Part shown: piece by piece, positions 28,537 to 37,777 of the stretch | How positions within the stretch are numbered: position 1 is the first letter of the stretch | Layout of the letters: each line of letters opens with the position of its first letter | DNA from: Candidatus Marinacidobacterium sp. | GTDB taxonomy: Bacteria; Acidobacteriota; Vicinamibacteria; Marinacidobacterales; Marinacidobacteraceae | Assembly: GCA_965220965.1 (NCBI GenBank) | Contig: OZ244852.1 | Coordinates: forward strand, 1,824,001-1,888,000 | Direction of reading: 5' to 3' | Length of the DNA stretch: 64,000 nucleotides | Program-made: the position numbers and the translations under genes | The notes under the pieces: generated by a model | What the model was told of the DNA's origin: nothing | What the model saw: only the letters and a program-made list of their open reading frames with translations | The model's database searches: none

Positions 28537-29622
28537 TTACCCGCGCGAAACCGGGTTCCACCGGACCGCATAGACGGGAGGCAACTGATGAGTGATCAGA
28601 TCCCACGAGTCGCCCTGGTTCTCGGAGATCCAGAGGCCGCCGGTCGTGGTGGCGAGGGCCAGGGTGTCGCCATCGGCGTGAACGGCGAGACCGTGCCGGA
28701 AGACGACGGCGAACGAGTTGGCGTCGGGAAGGCCGCGACCGAGAGTCTCCCAGGCGCCGCCCCCGTCCCGGGTCCGGGCCACGACCATTCGCTGGTCGAC
28801 CGGCACCCGGCACTCGTCCTTCACCAGCGGGACGCTCCAGGCGGTGTCCCGGTCCTCGGGGTGAGCCGCCACCGCGAACCCGAACGAGGACGGAGGCACA
28901 TCGAGCGAAGTCCAGGTTTCGGCGCCGTCGTCGGAACGGAAGAACGCGTTGTGGTGCTGGCACCAGATGCGGTTCCGGTCCGACTCGCACCAGGCCAGCC
29001 GGTGAGGATCCTGGATGCCCGGGTCATGCCGACCCTCGGGCGGCATGTAGTCGGCGAACATCCCCTCGGTCCGCACCGCGAAGGTTTCGCCTCCGTCGTC
29101 GCTCACCCACACCCCGCCGCAGGACACGCCGCAGACGACCCGGCGCCCGTCGGGCGAGACGAGGACCGAGTGGATCCCCGAGTGGGGGAAGCCGCCGCCG
29201 AACCACTGGCTGCGGAGGGGCTGCTCCCAGAGGTTCCGGTTCAGCTCCCAGGAGGCGCCGCCGTCGTCGGAGCGGAACAGCGCTCCCGGCATCACGCCGC
29301 ACCAGAGCGTCCCGGGCTCGGGGCCGGCGGCCTCGAGGCACCACAGCATCTTCACCGAAGGGGCCTTCTTGTCCCCCGGTTCTCCGGCGGGAAGCGCCGG
29401 CGAGGGAAGTTCGGTGAACGAGGCGCCGTCATCCTCGGAGACCCGCAGCTTGACTCCGAAATGGCCGAGATCCATCGCGGCGTAGATCCGCCCGTCGCGC
29501 GGGTCGGGGAGAAGCTGGGACACCGGGTCTCCCACGAAAGCGCTCCGGGCCACCCGCCAGTCGCCGCGAGCGGCGCGGCGGAATGCCAGGTAGCCCTTGC
29601 GGGTGCCGAGGTGAAGGAGCAT
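28537..29622 (-). CDS. Cytoplasmic BNR/Asp-box beta-propeller (sialidase-like fold)
   Basis: Multiple SxDxGxS/TW Asp boxes; no signal peptide. Confidence 0.85.
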   Translation of the reverse strand: MLLHLGTRKGYLAFRRAARGDWRVARSAFVGDPVSQLLPDPRDGRIYAAMDLGHFGVKLRVSEDDGASFTELPSPALPAGEPGDKKAPSVKMLWCLEAAGPEPGTLWCGVMPGALFRSDDGGASWELNRNLWEQPLRSQWFGGGFPHSGIHSVLVSPDGRRVVCGVSCGGVWVSDDGGETFAVRTEGMFADYMPPEGRHDPGIQDPHRLAWCESDRNRIWCQHHNAFFRSDDGAETWTSLDVPPSSFGFAVAAHPEDRDTAWSVPLVKDECRVPVDQRMVVARTRDGGGAWETLGRGLPDANSFAVVFRHGLAVHADGDTLALATTTGGLWISENQGDSWDLITHQLPPVYAVRWNPVSRG

Positions 29623-29624
29623 GG

Positions 29625-29894
29625 TCAGCCTCCGGACAGGGCCTGCATCACGTGGACTTCGGCGTCGGGGCCGAGGGGGTCGGCGAGCCGGATGCGGTCC
29701 CGGACGGCCGCGCCATCCACGTAGACGACGACATGGGTTCGCAGCCGCCCCTGGTCATCGAGGATGTAGGAGCGGAGTTGCGGGTTCTTCTCGAAGACCT
29801 GATGGAGCGCGGCGCCGACGGTGGCGCCGGTGGTCCGGGCGCTCTCCACCGCCAGGTGCCGGCGCAGGTTCGGCGTGAAATGAACCTGGGGCAA
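29625..29894 (-). CDS. MoaD/ThiS ubiquitin-like protein
   Basis: 89 aa beta-grasp pattern (LR.HVVVYVDG) ending in ALSGG. Confidence 0.9.
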   Translation of the reverse strand: MPQVHFTPNLRRHLAVESARTTGATVGAALHQVFEKNPQLRSYILDDQGRLRTHVVVYVDGAAVRDRIRLADPLGPDAEVHVMQALSGG

Positions 29895-29919
29895 GGGTTG
29901 CGGGGGGCTTCGGGCGGCG

Positions 29920-30801
29920 CTAGCGCAGGTCGTCGGCGAGCCGGGAAAGGGCGCTCTGGACTCTCCGCTGGTTGTCGGGGCCGAAGCGGAGGAGGTGCTT
30001 GCTGGCGTCGTCGAGGTCCTCGAGACGCGGGTCCAGGTACTCGTAGCGGAGCGTGACCTCCCGCAGGAGGATCGGGACCTCGGGCATCGGGACGGAAGTC
30101 AGTCGGTCCAATGCGGCGAGCAGCGCCTCCAGGAAGGTGCGGTCGGGGCGGCCCAGCTCCCCATACGCCTCGTCGAGGAGGGGCATGACCCGGCGGATCG
30201 CCGCCGCGAGCACCCCGATGTCCGCCTCGGCGATGGCGTCCGACACCGAGTCGTAGCGCCGGAAGGACGAAGCGGCCACCTCGAGCCCGGCTTCGGTCTC
30301 CTCGACCGCGAACGGCGCGTCCGGGCCCAGTCCGCGGAGCGGGACCCTCGGCGAGTTTCCTTCGGCGATGTTCTCCACGACGACCACGATCCGCCGGATC
30401 AGGTCATCGCCGAGCAGCCAGGCGAGGGCGTCCGGATGCGAAGTCGCGGCCGCGAGAAGCGACCGGAGGAAGGCGTCGCTCTCGTCGAGGCCGGGAAGCG
30501 GCGGCTCCTCGATGACCGGCGGCGCCTCTTCGGCGGCGACCGGTTCGGCGACGGGTTCGGGCGGCGGGGGCTCCGGGGCGTCGTCCCGCAGGAGAAACCA
30601 GCCCACCAGCGCGGCGGCGATCAGCGCGACCGCGAGGATCCCGATGACCACCCGGGACCCCGGGCGCTCCGAGGACGCCGACTCGTCCTCCCCGGAACTG
30701 ATCTGCCCCCAGTCGTCCTCTTCGGCTTTCCGGACCACCAGCTCCTCGCCGCCGGGCGCGGATTCCTCGGGGAGCGATTCCTCCGGCGGGCGCCTGCTCA
30801 T
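29920..30801 (-). CDS. DUF3014 family membrane-anchored protein
   Basis: TM helix and Pro-rich linker; LP.LDESD, LIRRIVVVVENIA, RY, Y.Y.DP.LE.L..ASKHLLR.GP.N. Alternative start at 30819. Confidence 0.8.
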   Translation of the reverse strand: MSRRPPEESLPEESAPGGEELVVRKAEEDDWGQISSGEDESASSERPGSRVVIGILAVALIAAALVGWFLLRDDAPEPPPPEPVAEPVAAEEAPPVIEEPPLPGLDESDAFLRSLLAAATSHPDALAWLLGDDLIRRIVVVVENIAEGNSPRVPLRGLGPDAPFAVEETEAGLEVAASSFRRYDSVSDAIAEADIGVLAAAIRRVMPLLDEAYGELGRPDRTFLEALLAALDRLTSVPMPEVPILLREVTLRYEYLDPRLEDLDDASKHLLRFGPDNQRRVQSALSRLADDLR

Positions 30802-30893
30802 CCAACGGTCCTTCGCCACTCATGATAACGGGAAGGGCGTCGACCAAGGGAGCGTTCGGCGCGTCGGGCCGCGAGTAGGATTTCCCGGCGGCG

Positions 30894-31073
30894 ATGCTCC
30901 GGTTCCGAAATCTGGCGATCGTCGCGCTCCTGGCGTCGGCGGTCTACGCGCTGCTGCCGCGCGAGCGGAAGGTCCGGTTCACCGGAAAACTGCGGGAGTT
31001 CGGGCGCGCCCTCGTCGTCTCGATGGTGCTCTACTGGATGCTCATGCTGGGCCGGAGCTGGTTCGCCGGCTGA
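30894..31073 (+). CDS. Small two-TM membrane protein (59 aa)
   Basis: [59 protein letters not shown]; fills the gap before msrB; TAGGAT -10-like element upstream. Confidence 0.6.
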   Translation: MLRFRNLAIVALLASAVYALLPRERKVRFTGKLREFGRALVVSMVLYWMLMLGRSWFAG

Positions 31074-31113
31074 CGCGTCGGGACCGCAGCCAGAACCCGG
31101 GAGAGAGATCGCC

Positions 31114-31572
31114 ATGTCATCCGAGGACCGCAAGATCCGCCGCACGGAACGCGAGTGGCGGGAGCAACTGACGCCCACCCAGTTCGCCGTGACCCGTCGC
31201 GGCGCAACCGAGCGTCCCTTCACGGGAGCGCTGCTCGGGAACCGGGCGGCGGGGGACTACCGCTGCGTCTGCTGCGGGGAGCTGCTCTTCCGCTCCTCCG
31301 ACAAGTTCGACTCGGCGTGCGGCTGGCCCAGCTTCACCCGACCCGCCGCCGGGGATGCGATCGAGGTCTCGGAGGACCGGAGCCTGGGGATGGTGCGCGA
31401 CGAGGCGCGCTGCGCCCGCTGCGACGCCCACCTGGGCCATGTCTTTCCCGACGGACCGGTGCAGGCGACCGGGGACCGGTGGTGCATCAACTCCGCCGCG
31501 CTCAGCTTCCGGTCCGCCGACGAGGATCCCGGGACCGGCCCGGACGGAGGAGGAACCGGCGACGACCGCTGA
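31114..31572 (+). CDS. msrB: Peptide-methionine (R)-S-oxide reductase
   Basis: TERPFTG, CVCC and CARC Zn ligands, [16 protein letters not shown] and RWCINS. Confidence 0.95.
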   Translation: MSSEDRKIRRTEREWREQLTPTQFAVTRRGATERPFTGALLGNRAAGDYRCVCCGELLFRSSDKFDSACGWPSFTRPAAGDAIEVSEDRSLGMVRDEARCARCDAHLGHVFPDGPVQATGDRWCINSAALSFRSADEDPGTGPDGGGTGDDR

Positions 31573-32317
31573 CCCCTGGACCGTCGTCGCGCTGCTCGCG
31601 CCCGCCGGTTTCGTCGCCGGAGTCCTGAACACGGTAGCCGGCGGCGGCTCGTTCCTGACCCTGCCGCTGCTCATCCTTCTGGGTCTGCCCCACGCGACCG
31701 CGAACGGCACGAACCGCCTCGCGATCCTGATCCAGAGCGCCGGCGCCACCGCCGCCTTCCGCCGCGCGGACGCCGTCCCCGCCGGCGCGCTGCTCCGCCT
31801 CGGGCTGTTCGCCATCCTGGGCGCGGGCGCGGGGAGCGCGCTGGCGCTCCAGGTCGGGGAGACCGCGTTTCTCCGGTTCCTCTCGATCGTCATGGTGCTG
31901 TTTGCGCTGATCCCGCTGCTCTCCCGCCGCGCGGCGACGAGCCCGCAGGACGCCTCCCGCCGCGCCCGAGGCGCGGCGCTCCCCCTCGCCTTCCTCGCGG
32001 TGGGCTTCTACGGCGGGTTCCTGCAGGCCGGAGTCGGTTTCCTGGCGCTCGGCGCGACGTCCTGGGCCGGGATCCCGCTGGTCGCCGGCAACGCCATCAA
32101 GGTGGCCTGCATCTTCCTGTTCTCGATCGTCTCGCTCAGCGTCTTCGCGGCGGGGGGCGCGGTGGACTGGGTGGTCGGGATTCCCCTCTCGCTGGGGACT
32201 CTCGCCGGCGCGCTGGTGGGCGCCCGGCTCACGCTGCGGGCGGGAGAACGCGTGCTGCGGGGCCTCGTTTCGGTCCTGACCCTGGCCTTCGCGGTCGCGC
32301 TGTGGCTGCGGGCGTGA
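31562..32317 (+). CDS. Sulfite exporter TauE/SafE family (probable ACG start)
   Basis: [16 protein letters not shown] and [12 protein letters not shown]; multiple TM segments; GGAGGAGG lies 8 nt before ACG 31562. Confidence 0.85.
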   Translation, partial: TTADPWTVVALLAPAGFVAGVLNTVAGGGSFLTLPLLILLGLPHATANGTNRLAILIQSAGATAAFRRADAVPAGALLRLGLFAILGAGAGSALALQVGETAFLRFLSIVMVLFALIPLLSRRAATSPQDASRRARGAALPLAFLAVGFYGGFLQAGVGFLALGATSWAGIPLVAGNAIKVACIFLFSIVSLSVFAAGGAVDWVVGIPLSLGTLAGALVGARLTLRAGERVLRGLVSVLTLAFAVALWLRA

Positions 32318-33519
32318 CTCCAGCTCCGTGGGAGATTTCGGCGAACGCCGAACCCCACCGCCGGCATCGGCTGGAGCCTCCGGGACCGTTCCCGCTCGAG
32401 CACGGCGCGGTCCTGCCCCGGATCCGGATCGCGTGCGAGACCTGGGGTGAGCCCGACCCTCCGGAGAACCCGGCGAACGCCGTCCTGATCTGCCCGGCGC
32501 TCTCGGCGGACGCCCACGCCGCCGGGCCGGGTGGAGGCCCCGAATCGGCGGTCGACGGGTTCGGCGCCGGGGAGACGCATGCGGCGGACCCCGGACTCGG
32601 CTGGTGGGACCCCATGATCGGCCCCGACAAGGCGTTCGACACGAAGCGCTTCTACGTCATCTGCATGAGCCTGCTCGGCGGGTGCGGGGGCGCAACCGGT
32701 CCGCCCAGCCGGAACCCCTCCACCGGCCGCCGCTTCGGCCGCGATTTCCCGGTCATCACGGTCGGAGACATCGCGCGCGCCAGCCGCGCGGGCCTCCGGG
32801 AGCTGGGCGTCCGTCGACTCGCGGGGATCGCCGGAGGATCGCTCGGCGGCATGCAGGCGCTCGAATGGGCGGCGGCCTTCCCGGACGAGGTGGAAGCGGT
32901 CGTGGGGGTGGCGACCACCGCCGGCCTCTCGGCGCAGGGGATCGGCTGGAACTGGGTCGCCCGCGAGGCGATCGCGGGCGATCTCTCGCAGCGGGAGGGC
33001 CGCCGCGGCGAATCGGACGCCGGACCCTCGGGGCTCCGGGTGGCCCGGATGGTCGGGCACCTCACCTACCTGTCGGCGCAGGGGATGGCGGAGCGCTTCG
33101 GGCGGGACCTCCAGGACCAGGACGAGGCGTCGGGCGATCTGCGCGCGGCCGACTTTGCCGTCGAGTCCTACCTCCGCCATCAGGCGGACAAATTCGTCCG
33201 TCGGTTCGACCCGGACGCCTACCTGCGGCTCTCCCACGCGCTCACCCGCTTCGACCTGGCGCGGCGCCACGGCGGGGGCGCTCTGGAAGCCGCCGCCGCG
33301 AAGTTCCGCTGCCGCACCCTCCTCCTCTCCTTCACCTCGGATTGGCTATACCCTTCCGCCGACTCGCGAAGGCTCGCCGCCGCCCTTCAGTCGTGCGGGA
33401 AACCGGTGGTCCACGAGGAGATCCGCACGACCTACGGCCATGACTCCTTTCTTCTCGAGGCGCGCAGGATGACCCCCATCATCCGGTCCTTCCTGATGGG
33501 CGCGGAGGGCGCTCGGTGA
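32314..33519 (+). CDS. metX: Homoserine O-acetyltransferase
   Basis: GWW..MIGP, GGSLGGMQALEW, F.SDWLYP and GHDSFL. Confidence 0.9.
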   Translation: MTPAPWEISANAEPHRRHRLEPPGPFPLEHGAVLPRIRIACETWGEPDPPENPANAVLICPALSADAHAAGPGGGPESAVDGFGAGETHAADPGLGWWDPMIGPDKAFDTKRFYVICMSLLGGCGGATGPPSRNPSTGRRFGRDFPVITVGDIARASRAGLRELGVRRLAGIAGGSLGGMQALEWAAAFPDEVEAVVGVATTAGLSAQGIGWNWVAREAIAGDLSQREGRRGESDAGPSGLRVARMVGHLTYLSAQGMAERFGRDLQDQDEASGDLRAADFAVESYLRHQADKFVRRFDPDAYLRLSHALTRFDLARRHGGGALEAAAAKFRCRTLLLSFTSDWLYPSADSRRLAAALQSCGKPVVHEEIRTTYGHDSFLLEARRMTPIIRSFLMGAEGAR

Positions 33520-34868
33520 CGGATCCCGCCGCCGGCGAACGCGGTTTCGGTTTCTCCACCCGCGCCGTCCACGCCGGGTCGCGCCCGGAGCCCTACACCG
33601 GCGCCCGGGCGACGCCGATCTTCCAGACGACGAGCTACGTCTTCGAGGACCCGGAAGCGGCGGCCGCCTACTTCAACCTGCAGGAGTACGGGAACACCTA
33701 CTCGCGGATCGTGAACCCCACGGTCGCCGCGCTCGAGGAGCGGATCGCGAGCCTCGAGGGCGCGGTCGGGGCGGTCGCCTTCGCCTCCGGCCTCGCGGCC
33801 CAGGCGGCGACGTTCTTCACCGTCCTGCGGCCGGGAGACCACCTGGTGGCGTCGCGGGCGCTCTACGGCGGGACGCTGACGCAGATCCGGCACCTCTCCC
33901 GGAAACTCGGCTTCGAGGTCTCGTTCGTGGATCCCGACCGGCTGGAAGCCTGGGAGGAGGCGGCGCGGGACGAGACCCGCCTCTTCTTCGGCGAGACGAT
34001 CGGCAACCCCGGGGGCAACGTGCTGGACATCGAGGCGGTTGCGGGGGCGGCTCACCGACGCGGGATCCCGCTCATGGTGGACAGCACGTTCGCCACTCCG
34101 TGGCTGTGCCGGCCGCTGGAGTGGGGGGCGGACATCGTGGTCCACTCCACCACCAAGTTCCTCGGCGGGCACGGGACGAGCATCGGGGGGATCGTGGCCG
34201 AATCGGGCCGGTTCCCCTGGGGGAACGGCAAGTTCCCGGGCATCTCCGAGCCCTCTCCCGCCTACCACGGCCTCGCGTTCCCGGCGACCTTCGGCGAATA
34301 CGGTTTCCTGATGAAGCTGCGCGCCGAGACGCTGCGGGACCTCGGCGCCTGCATGTCGCCGTTCAACGCGTTCCTCTTCTCGCTCGGGGTGGAGACCCTC
34401 CCGCTCCGGATGGAGCGCCACACCGCGAACAGCCTGGCGGTGGCGCGGTTCCTCGCCGGTCGCCCCGAAGTGGCCTCGGTGGCGCACCCCGGGCTGCCGG
34501 AGAGCCGCTACGCGCCGCTGGTGGCCAAATACCTGCCGCGCGGGGCGGGGGCCGTCTTCTCGTTCGACCTGAAGGGGGGCCGGGCCGCCGGAGTGCGATT
34601 CATCGAAGCGCTGAACCTCTTCTCCCACCTCGCGAACGTGGGGGACGCCAAGAGCCTGGTGATCCACCCGGCGAGCACGACCCACCGGCAGCTCAGCGAG
34701 TCCGAGCTGGAGGGCGCCGGCATCTCGCCGGGAACGATCCGGCTGTCGGTGGGAATCGAGGATCCCGAGGACCTGGTCGGGGACCTGTCCCGGGGACTCG
34801 AAGCCGCGGCGGCGCCCCCGGGCGACGCCGGAACCGAAACCGCGGAGGCGCTCGCATGCCCCGCGTGA
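33516..34868 (+). CDS. metY: O-acetylhomoserine sulfhydrylase
   Basis: PIFQTTSYVF, YSRIVNPT, HSTTKFLGGHG (PLP Lys) and LANVGDAKSLVIHPASTTH. Confidence 0.93.
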   Translation: MTDPAAGERGFGFSTRAVHAGSRPEPYTGARATPIFQTTSYVFEDPEAAAAYFNLQEYGNTYSRIVNPTVAALEERIASLEGAVGAVAFASGLAAQAATFFTVLRPGDHLVASRALYGGTLTQIRHLSRKLGFEVSFVDPDRLEAWEEAARDETRLFFGETIGNPGGNVLDIEAVAGAAHRRGIPLMVDSTFATPWLCRPLEWGADIVVHSTTKFLGGHGTSIGGIVAESGRFPWGNGKFPGISEPSPAYHGLAFPATFGEYGFLMKLRAETLRDLGACMSPFNAFLFSLGVETLPLRMERHTANSLAVARFLAGRPEVASVAHPGLPESRYAPLVAKYLPRGAGAVFSFDLKGGRAAGVRFIEALNLFSHLANVGDAKSLVIHPASTTHRQLSESELEGAGISPGTIRLSVGIEDPEDLVGDLSRGLEAAAAPPGDAGTETAEALACPA

Positions 34869-35398
34869 TCGCCTGCGACCGCCCGCCGCCGACGCCGGCG
34901 GGCGCGGCTTCGGGGCCCGACCTCTCCCGCTACCAGGACGACGACGCGATCCGCCGCGTGCTGTCGTCGGCGCGCACCATCGCCATCGTCGGCCTCTCCC
35001 CGAAGGAGCTCCGGGCGAGCTACTTCGTGGGCTTCTATCTCCAGCGCAACGGCTACCGCATCCTGCCGGTGAATCCGAGGGAGAAGGAGATCCTCGGGGA
35101 GAGGTGTTATCCGAGCGTGGCGGACCTTCCGCACCCGGTGGACGTGGTGAACGTGTTCCGGGCGCCGGCGGCCGTCCCCGGGATCGTCGAAGAGTGCGCC
35201 GGCAGGACGAAGGCGCTGTGGCTCCAGTACGAGGTCATCCACGAGGAGGCGGCGGCCCGCGCCCTGGAGCTCGGCATCGAGGTCGTGATGGACCGGTGCA
35301 TGAAGGTCGAACACGCCCGCCACCTGGGCCGGCTCCACTGGCTCGGATTCGCCACCCGGCGGATTGGAGCGCGGCGCGACGAGAGCGCCGGCGCCTGA
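34856..35398 (+). CDS. CoA-binding protein (YccU-like)
   Basis: IAIVGLS, PVNP, VDVVNVFR, WLQ and VVMDRC.KVEH. Confidence 0.85.
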   Translation: MPRVIACDRPPPTPAGAASGPDLSRYQDDDAIRRVLSSARTIAIVGLSPKELRASYFVGFYLQRNGYRILPVNPREKEILGERCYPSVADLPHPVDVVNVFRAPAAVPGIVEECAGRTKALWLQYEVIHEEAAARALELGIEVVMDRCMKVEHARHLGRLHWLGFATRRIGARRDESAGA

Positions 35399-36024
35399 TG
35401 GGGGCCGAAGCAGGGAAACAACCGGCCCGGTCGCCGCGAACGCGCAGCACGATCCTGCGCCAGTTCGTCCAGAACCCGAGAGAGGTCGGGTCGCTCCACC
35501 CAAGCTCGCGCTCGCTCGGAGACGCGGTGGCCGCCGCGGTGCGCTGGCCGGAAGGGGGGCTGGTGGTCGAGGCGGGCCCCGGCGACGGAGCGATCACCGA
35601 GCGCCTGCTCGCGGCGAAGCCGGCGGGCGTGCGCCTGCTGGCGGTCGAGCTGAACCCCGACTGCGCCAGCGCGCTCCGGGCGAGGATCCCCGATGTGGAG
35701 GTCGTCGTGGACGACCTGGCGAACCTCGTGGAGATCTGCGAGCGGAAGGGGCTCGACCGGCCGGCGGCGATCGTCGCCACCCTGCCGTGGTCCGTGTTGC
35801 CGCGGGAACGCCAGCGGGTGCTCGCGGAAGCGATCCTGAGCGCGCTGGCGCCGGGAGGGCAACTGCTCTTCTACATCTATGTGCAGGCGATCCCGTTCTG
35901 GCGCAGGTCGCCGTTCGCCCGGATCCTCGCGTCGCGTTTCTCCGTGATGGATCGGGGCGCGATCCTGTGGAAGAACCTGCCGCCGGCGGTGGTGCTGGAC
36001 TGCCGGGGCCTCCGACCCGAATAA
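35398..36024 (+). CDS. Phospholipid N-methyltransferase (PmtA-like)
   Basis: NP..VGS..PSS..L, VVEAGPGDG.IT, VELN and WKNLPPA motifs. Confidence 0.75.
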   Translation: MGAEAGKQPARSPRTRSTILRQFVQNPREVGSLHPSSRSLGDAVAAAVRWPEGGLVVEAGPGDGAITERLLAAKPAGVRLLAVELNPDCASALRARIPDVEVVVDDLANLVEICERKGLDRPAAIVATLPWSVLPRERQRVLAEAILSALAPGGQLLFYIYVQAIPFWRRSPFARILASRFSVMDRGAILWKNLPPAVVLDCRGLRPE

Positions 36025-36080
36025 GGGATCGTCGACAGGAGCGTTCCGGAGGGCCGGCGCCCCGAAGGCGGGAAGTCCCG

Positions 36081-37148
36081 TTACCGGATCCGGGCGGAGC
36101 CAAGGCAGCGCGTCCCGTCGTAGAAGACCGCGAACTGGCCGGGGGCGATCCCGGGGTCCGGCGCATCGAGCGACACCTCGGCCCGGCCCCCGTCCCCGAG
36201 CGTGAGGTTCGCCGGGAGGAGATCGGGGCCGTGGCGGACGCGCAGCAGCAACCGGTGGTCCCCGGGACCCGGACCGGCCGCCGACCCGATCCAGTGCAGG
36301 TCGCCGACCGGAAAGCCACGGACCGGGCGGCCGGCGCCGCGACGCACCACGACCCGGTTCTCCCCGGCGTCCTTCCCCACCACGAACCACGGTCCGCCGG
36401 ACAGCCCGAGTCCCCGGCGCTGCCCGACGGTGAACAGCCAGTGCCCGCCATGGACGCCGATCTCGCGGCCCGACTCCTCCTCCACCACCGGGCCGGGACG
36501 CTCCCCGAGGTGGGCGCGGACGAAGTCCCGGTAGCGCACGCCCCCCAGAAAACAGATTCCCTGGCTGTCGGGCCGGCGGCTGGGCGCGAGGCCCAGTTCG
36601 CCCGCGATGCGGCGCACCTCCGACTTCGCCAGGCCGCCCACCGGGAACCGCAGCCGCCCGAGCTGGCGCTCCGAGATGCGCGACAGGAAGTAGGTCTGGT
36701 CCTTGACCGGGTCGGCGGCGCGGTGGAGTTCGGGACCGTCCGGGCCATCCGCCCGAACCGCGTAGTGGCCGGTCGCCAGCGCCTCGAAGCGTCGCGGCGT
36801 CAACTCGGCCTCCATCCACTCCGGGAAGGCGCCGAACTTGACCCGGGCGTTGCAGAACAGGTCGGGGCTGGGCGTCCGCCCGGCGGCGAGCTCGTCGAGC
36901 AGATAGGTCACGACCCGCTCGCGGTAGGAGCGCTGGAGCGAGGCGACGTGAAGGCGGACCCCGAGCTGACGGGTGACCGCCCGCGCGAAGCGGAGGTCTT
37001 CCTCCCAGGGGCAGGTCCCGAGGAAGTCCAGTTCGTCCTCCAGCCAGACCTTCAGGTAGAACGCCTCCACATCGTGTCCCTCCCGCACCAGCAGCGAGAG
37101 CGCCACGGCGCTGTCCACGCCACCGGAGACGAGCGCGGCGATCGGCAT
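36081..37148 (-). CDS. mnmA: tRNA 2-thiouridine(34) synthase
   Basis: SGGVDS, TPSPDLFCN, ATGHY, KDQTYFL, DSQGICF and TVGQRRGL. Confidence 0.95.
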   Translation of the reverse strand: MPIAALVSGGVDSAVALSLLVREGHDVEAFYLKVWLEDELDFLGTCPWEEDLRFARAVTRQLGVRLHVASLQRSYRERVVTYLLDELAAGRTPSPDLFCNARVKFGAFPEWMEAELTPRRFEALATGHYAVRADGPDGPELHRAADPVKDQTYFLSRISERQLGRLRFPVGGLAKSEVRRIAGELGLAPSRRPDSQGICFLGGVRYRDFVRAHLGERPGPVVEEESGREIGVHGGHWLFTVGQRRGLGLSGGPWFVVGKDAGENRVVVRRGAGRPVRGFPVGDLHWIGSAAGPGPGDHRLLLRVRHGPDLLPANLTLGDGGRAEVSLDAPDPGIAPGQFAVFYDGTRCLGSARIR

Positions 37149-37247
37149 GGCGGTTCCCGGCCGGAAGTCTCTCCCAGCGGACTGCGGGAAGGCCCCGCGG
37201 CGTAGACCCGCGGCGTAGAATCGCCACTCAAGACGCGGGAGAGGCCG

Positions 37248-37727
37248 ATGAACGATTCCCCACCCCCGGGCGGACAGGGGGCGCCGACGCCCGGCAGCCT
37301 GGTCGCCATCTGGGCCAAGGGCGCCAAGGGGCAGCCGATGATCCCGCAAGACCACGGCGAACTCATCGCGGGTGAGGGTCTCGCGGGCTCCGCGCCGGCG
37401 CGGGGACTGCGGCAGATCACCGTCCTGTCGCGGGAGGCGTGGCGACGGGCCGCCAACGAGGCGGGGTGGCCGGACGCGGACCCGGCGCTGCGGCGGGCGA
37501 ACCTGCTCGTCGCCGGGGTGGACCTCGAGGAAAGCCGCGGGCGGACCCTCGCCGTTGGCGACGCCCGCATCCGGATCCACGGCGAGACGACTCCCTGCGA
37601 GCGCATGGACGCCGAGGCGCTGCCGCTCCGGGAAGCGCTCGGTCCGGAGTGGCGCGGGGGCGCATTCGGCCAGATCCTGGTGGGCGGAACGATCCGGCCG
37701 GGCGACCCGGTCGCCTGGAGCGACTGA
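37248..37727 (+). CDS. MOSC domain protein
   Basis: RQITVLS.E, RRANLLV.G, PCERM and GGTIRPGD. Confidence 0.85.
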   Translation: MNDSPPPGGQGAPTPGSLVAIWAKGAKGQPMIPQDHGELIAGEGLAGSAPARGLRQITVLSREAWRRAANEAGWPDADPALRRANLLVAGVDLEESRGRTLAVGDARIRIHGETTPCERMDAEALPLREALGPEWRGGAFGQILVGGTIRPGDPVAWSD

Positions 37728-37777
37728 TCGCCGGCCCCGACACGGAGCACGGGACTCTCCCGGCGGCGGCCGGTCCG

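Noticed and set aside
28537-29894. Bil/Bub-type antiphage ubiquitination system
   Set aside because: No E1, E2 or JAB/DUB genes nearby, and no defence-island context.
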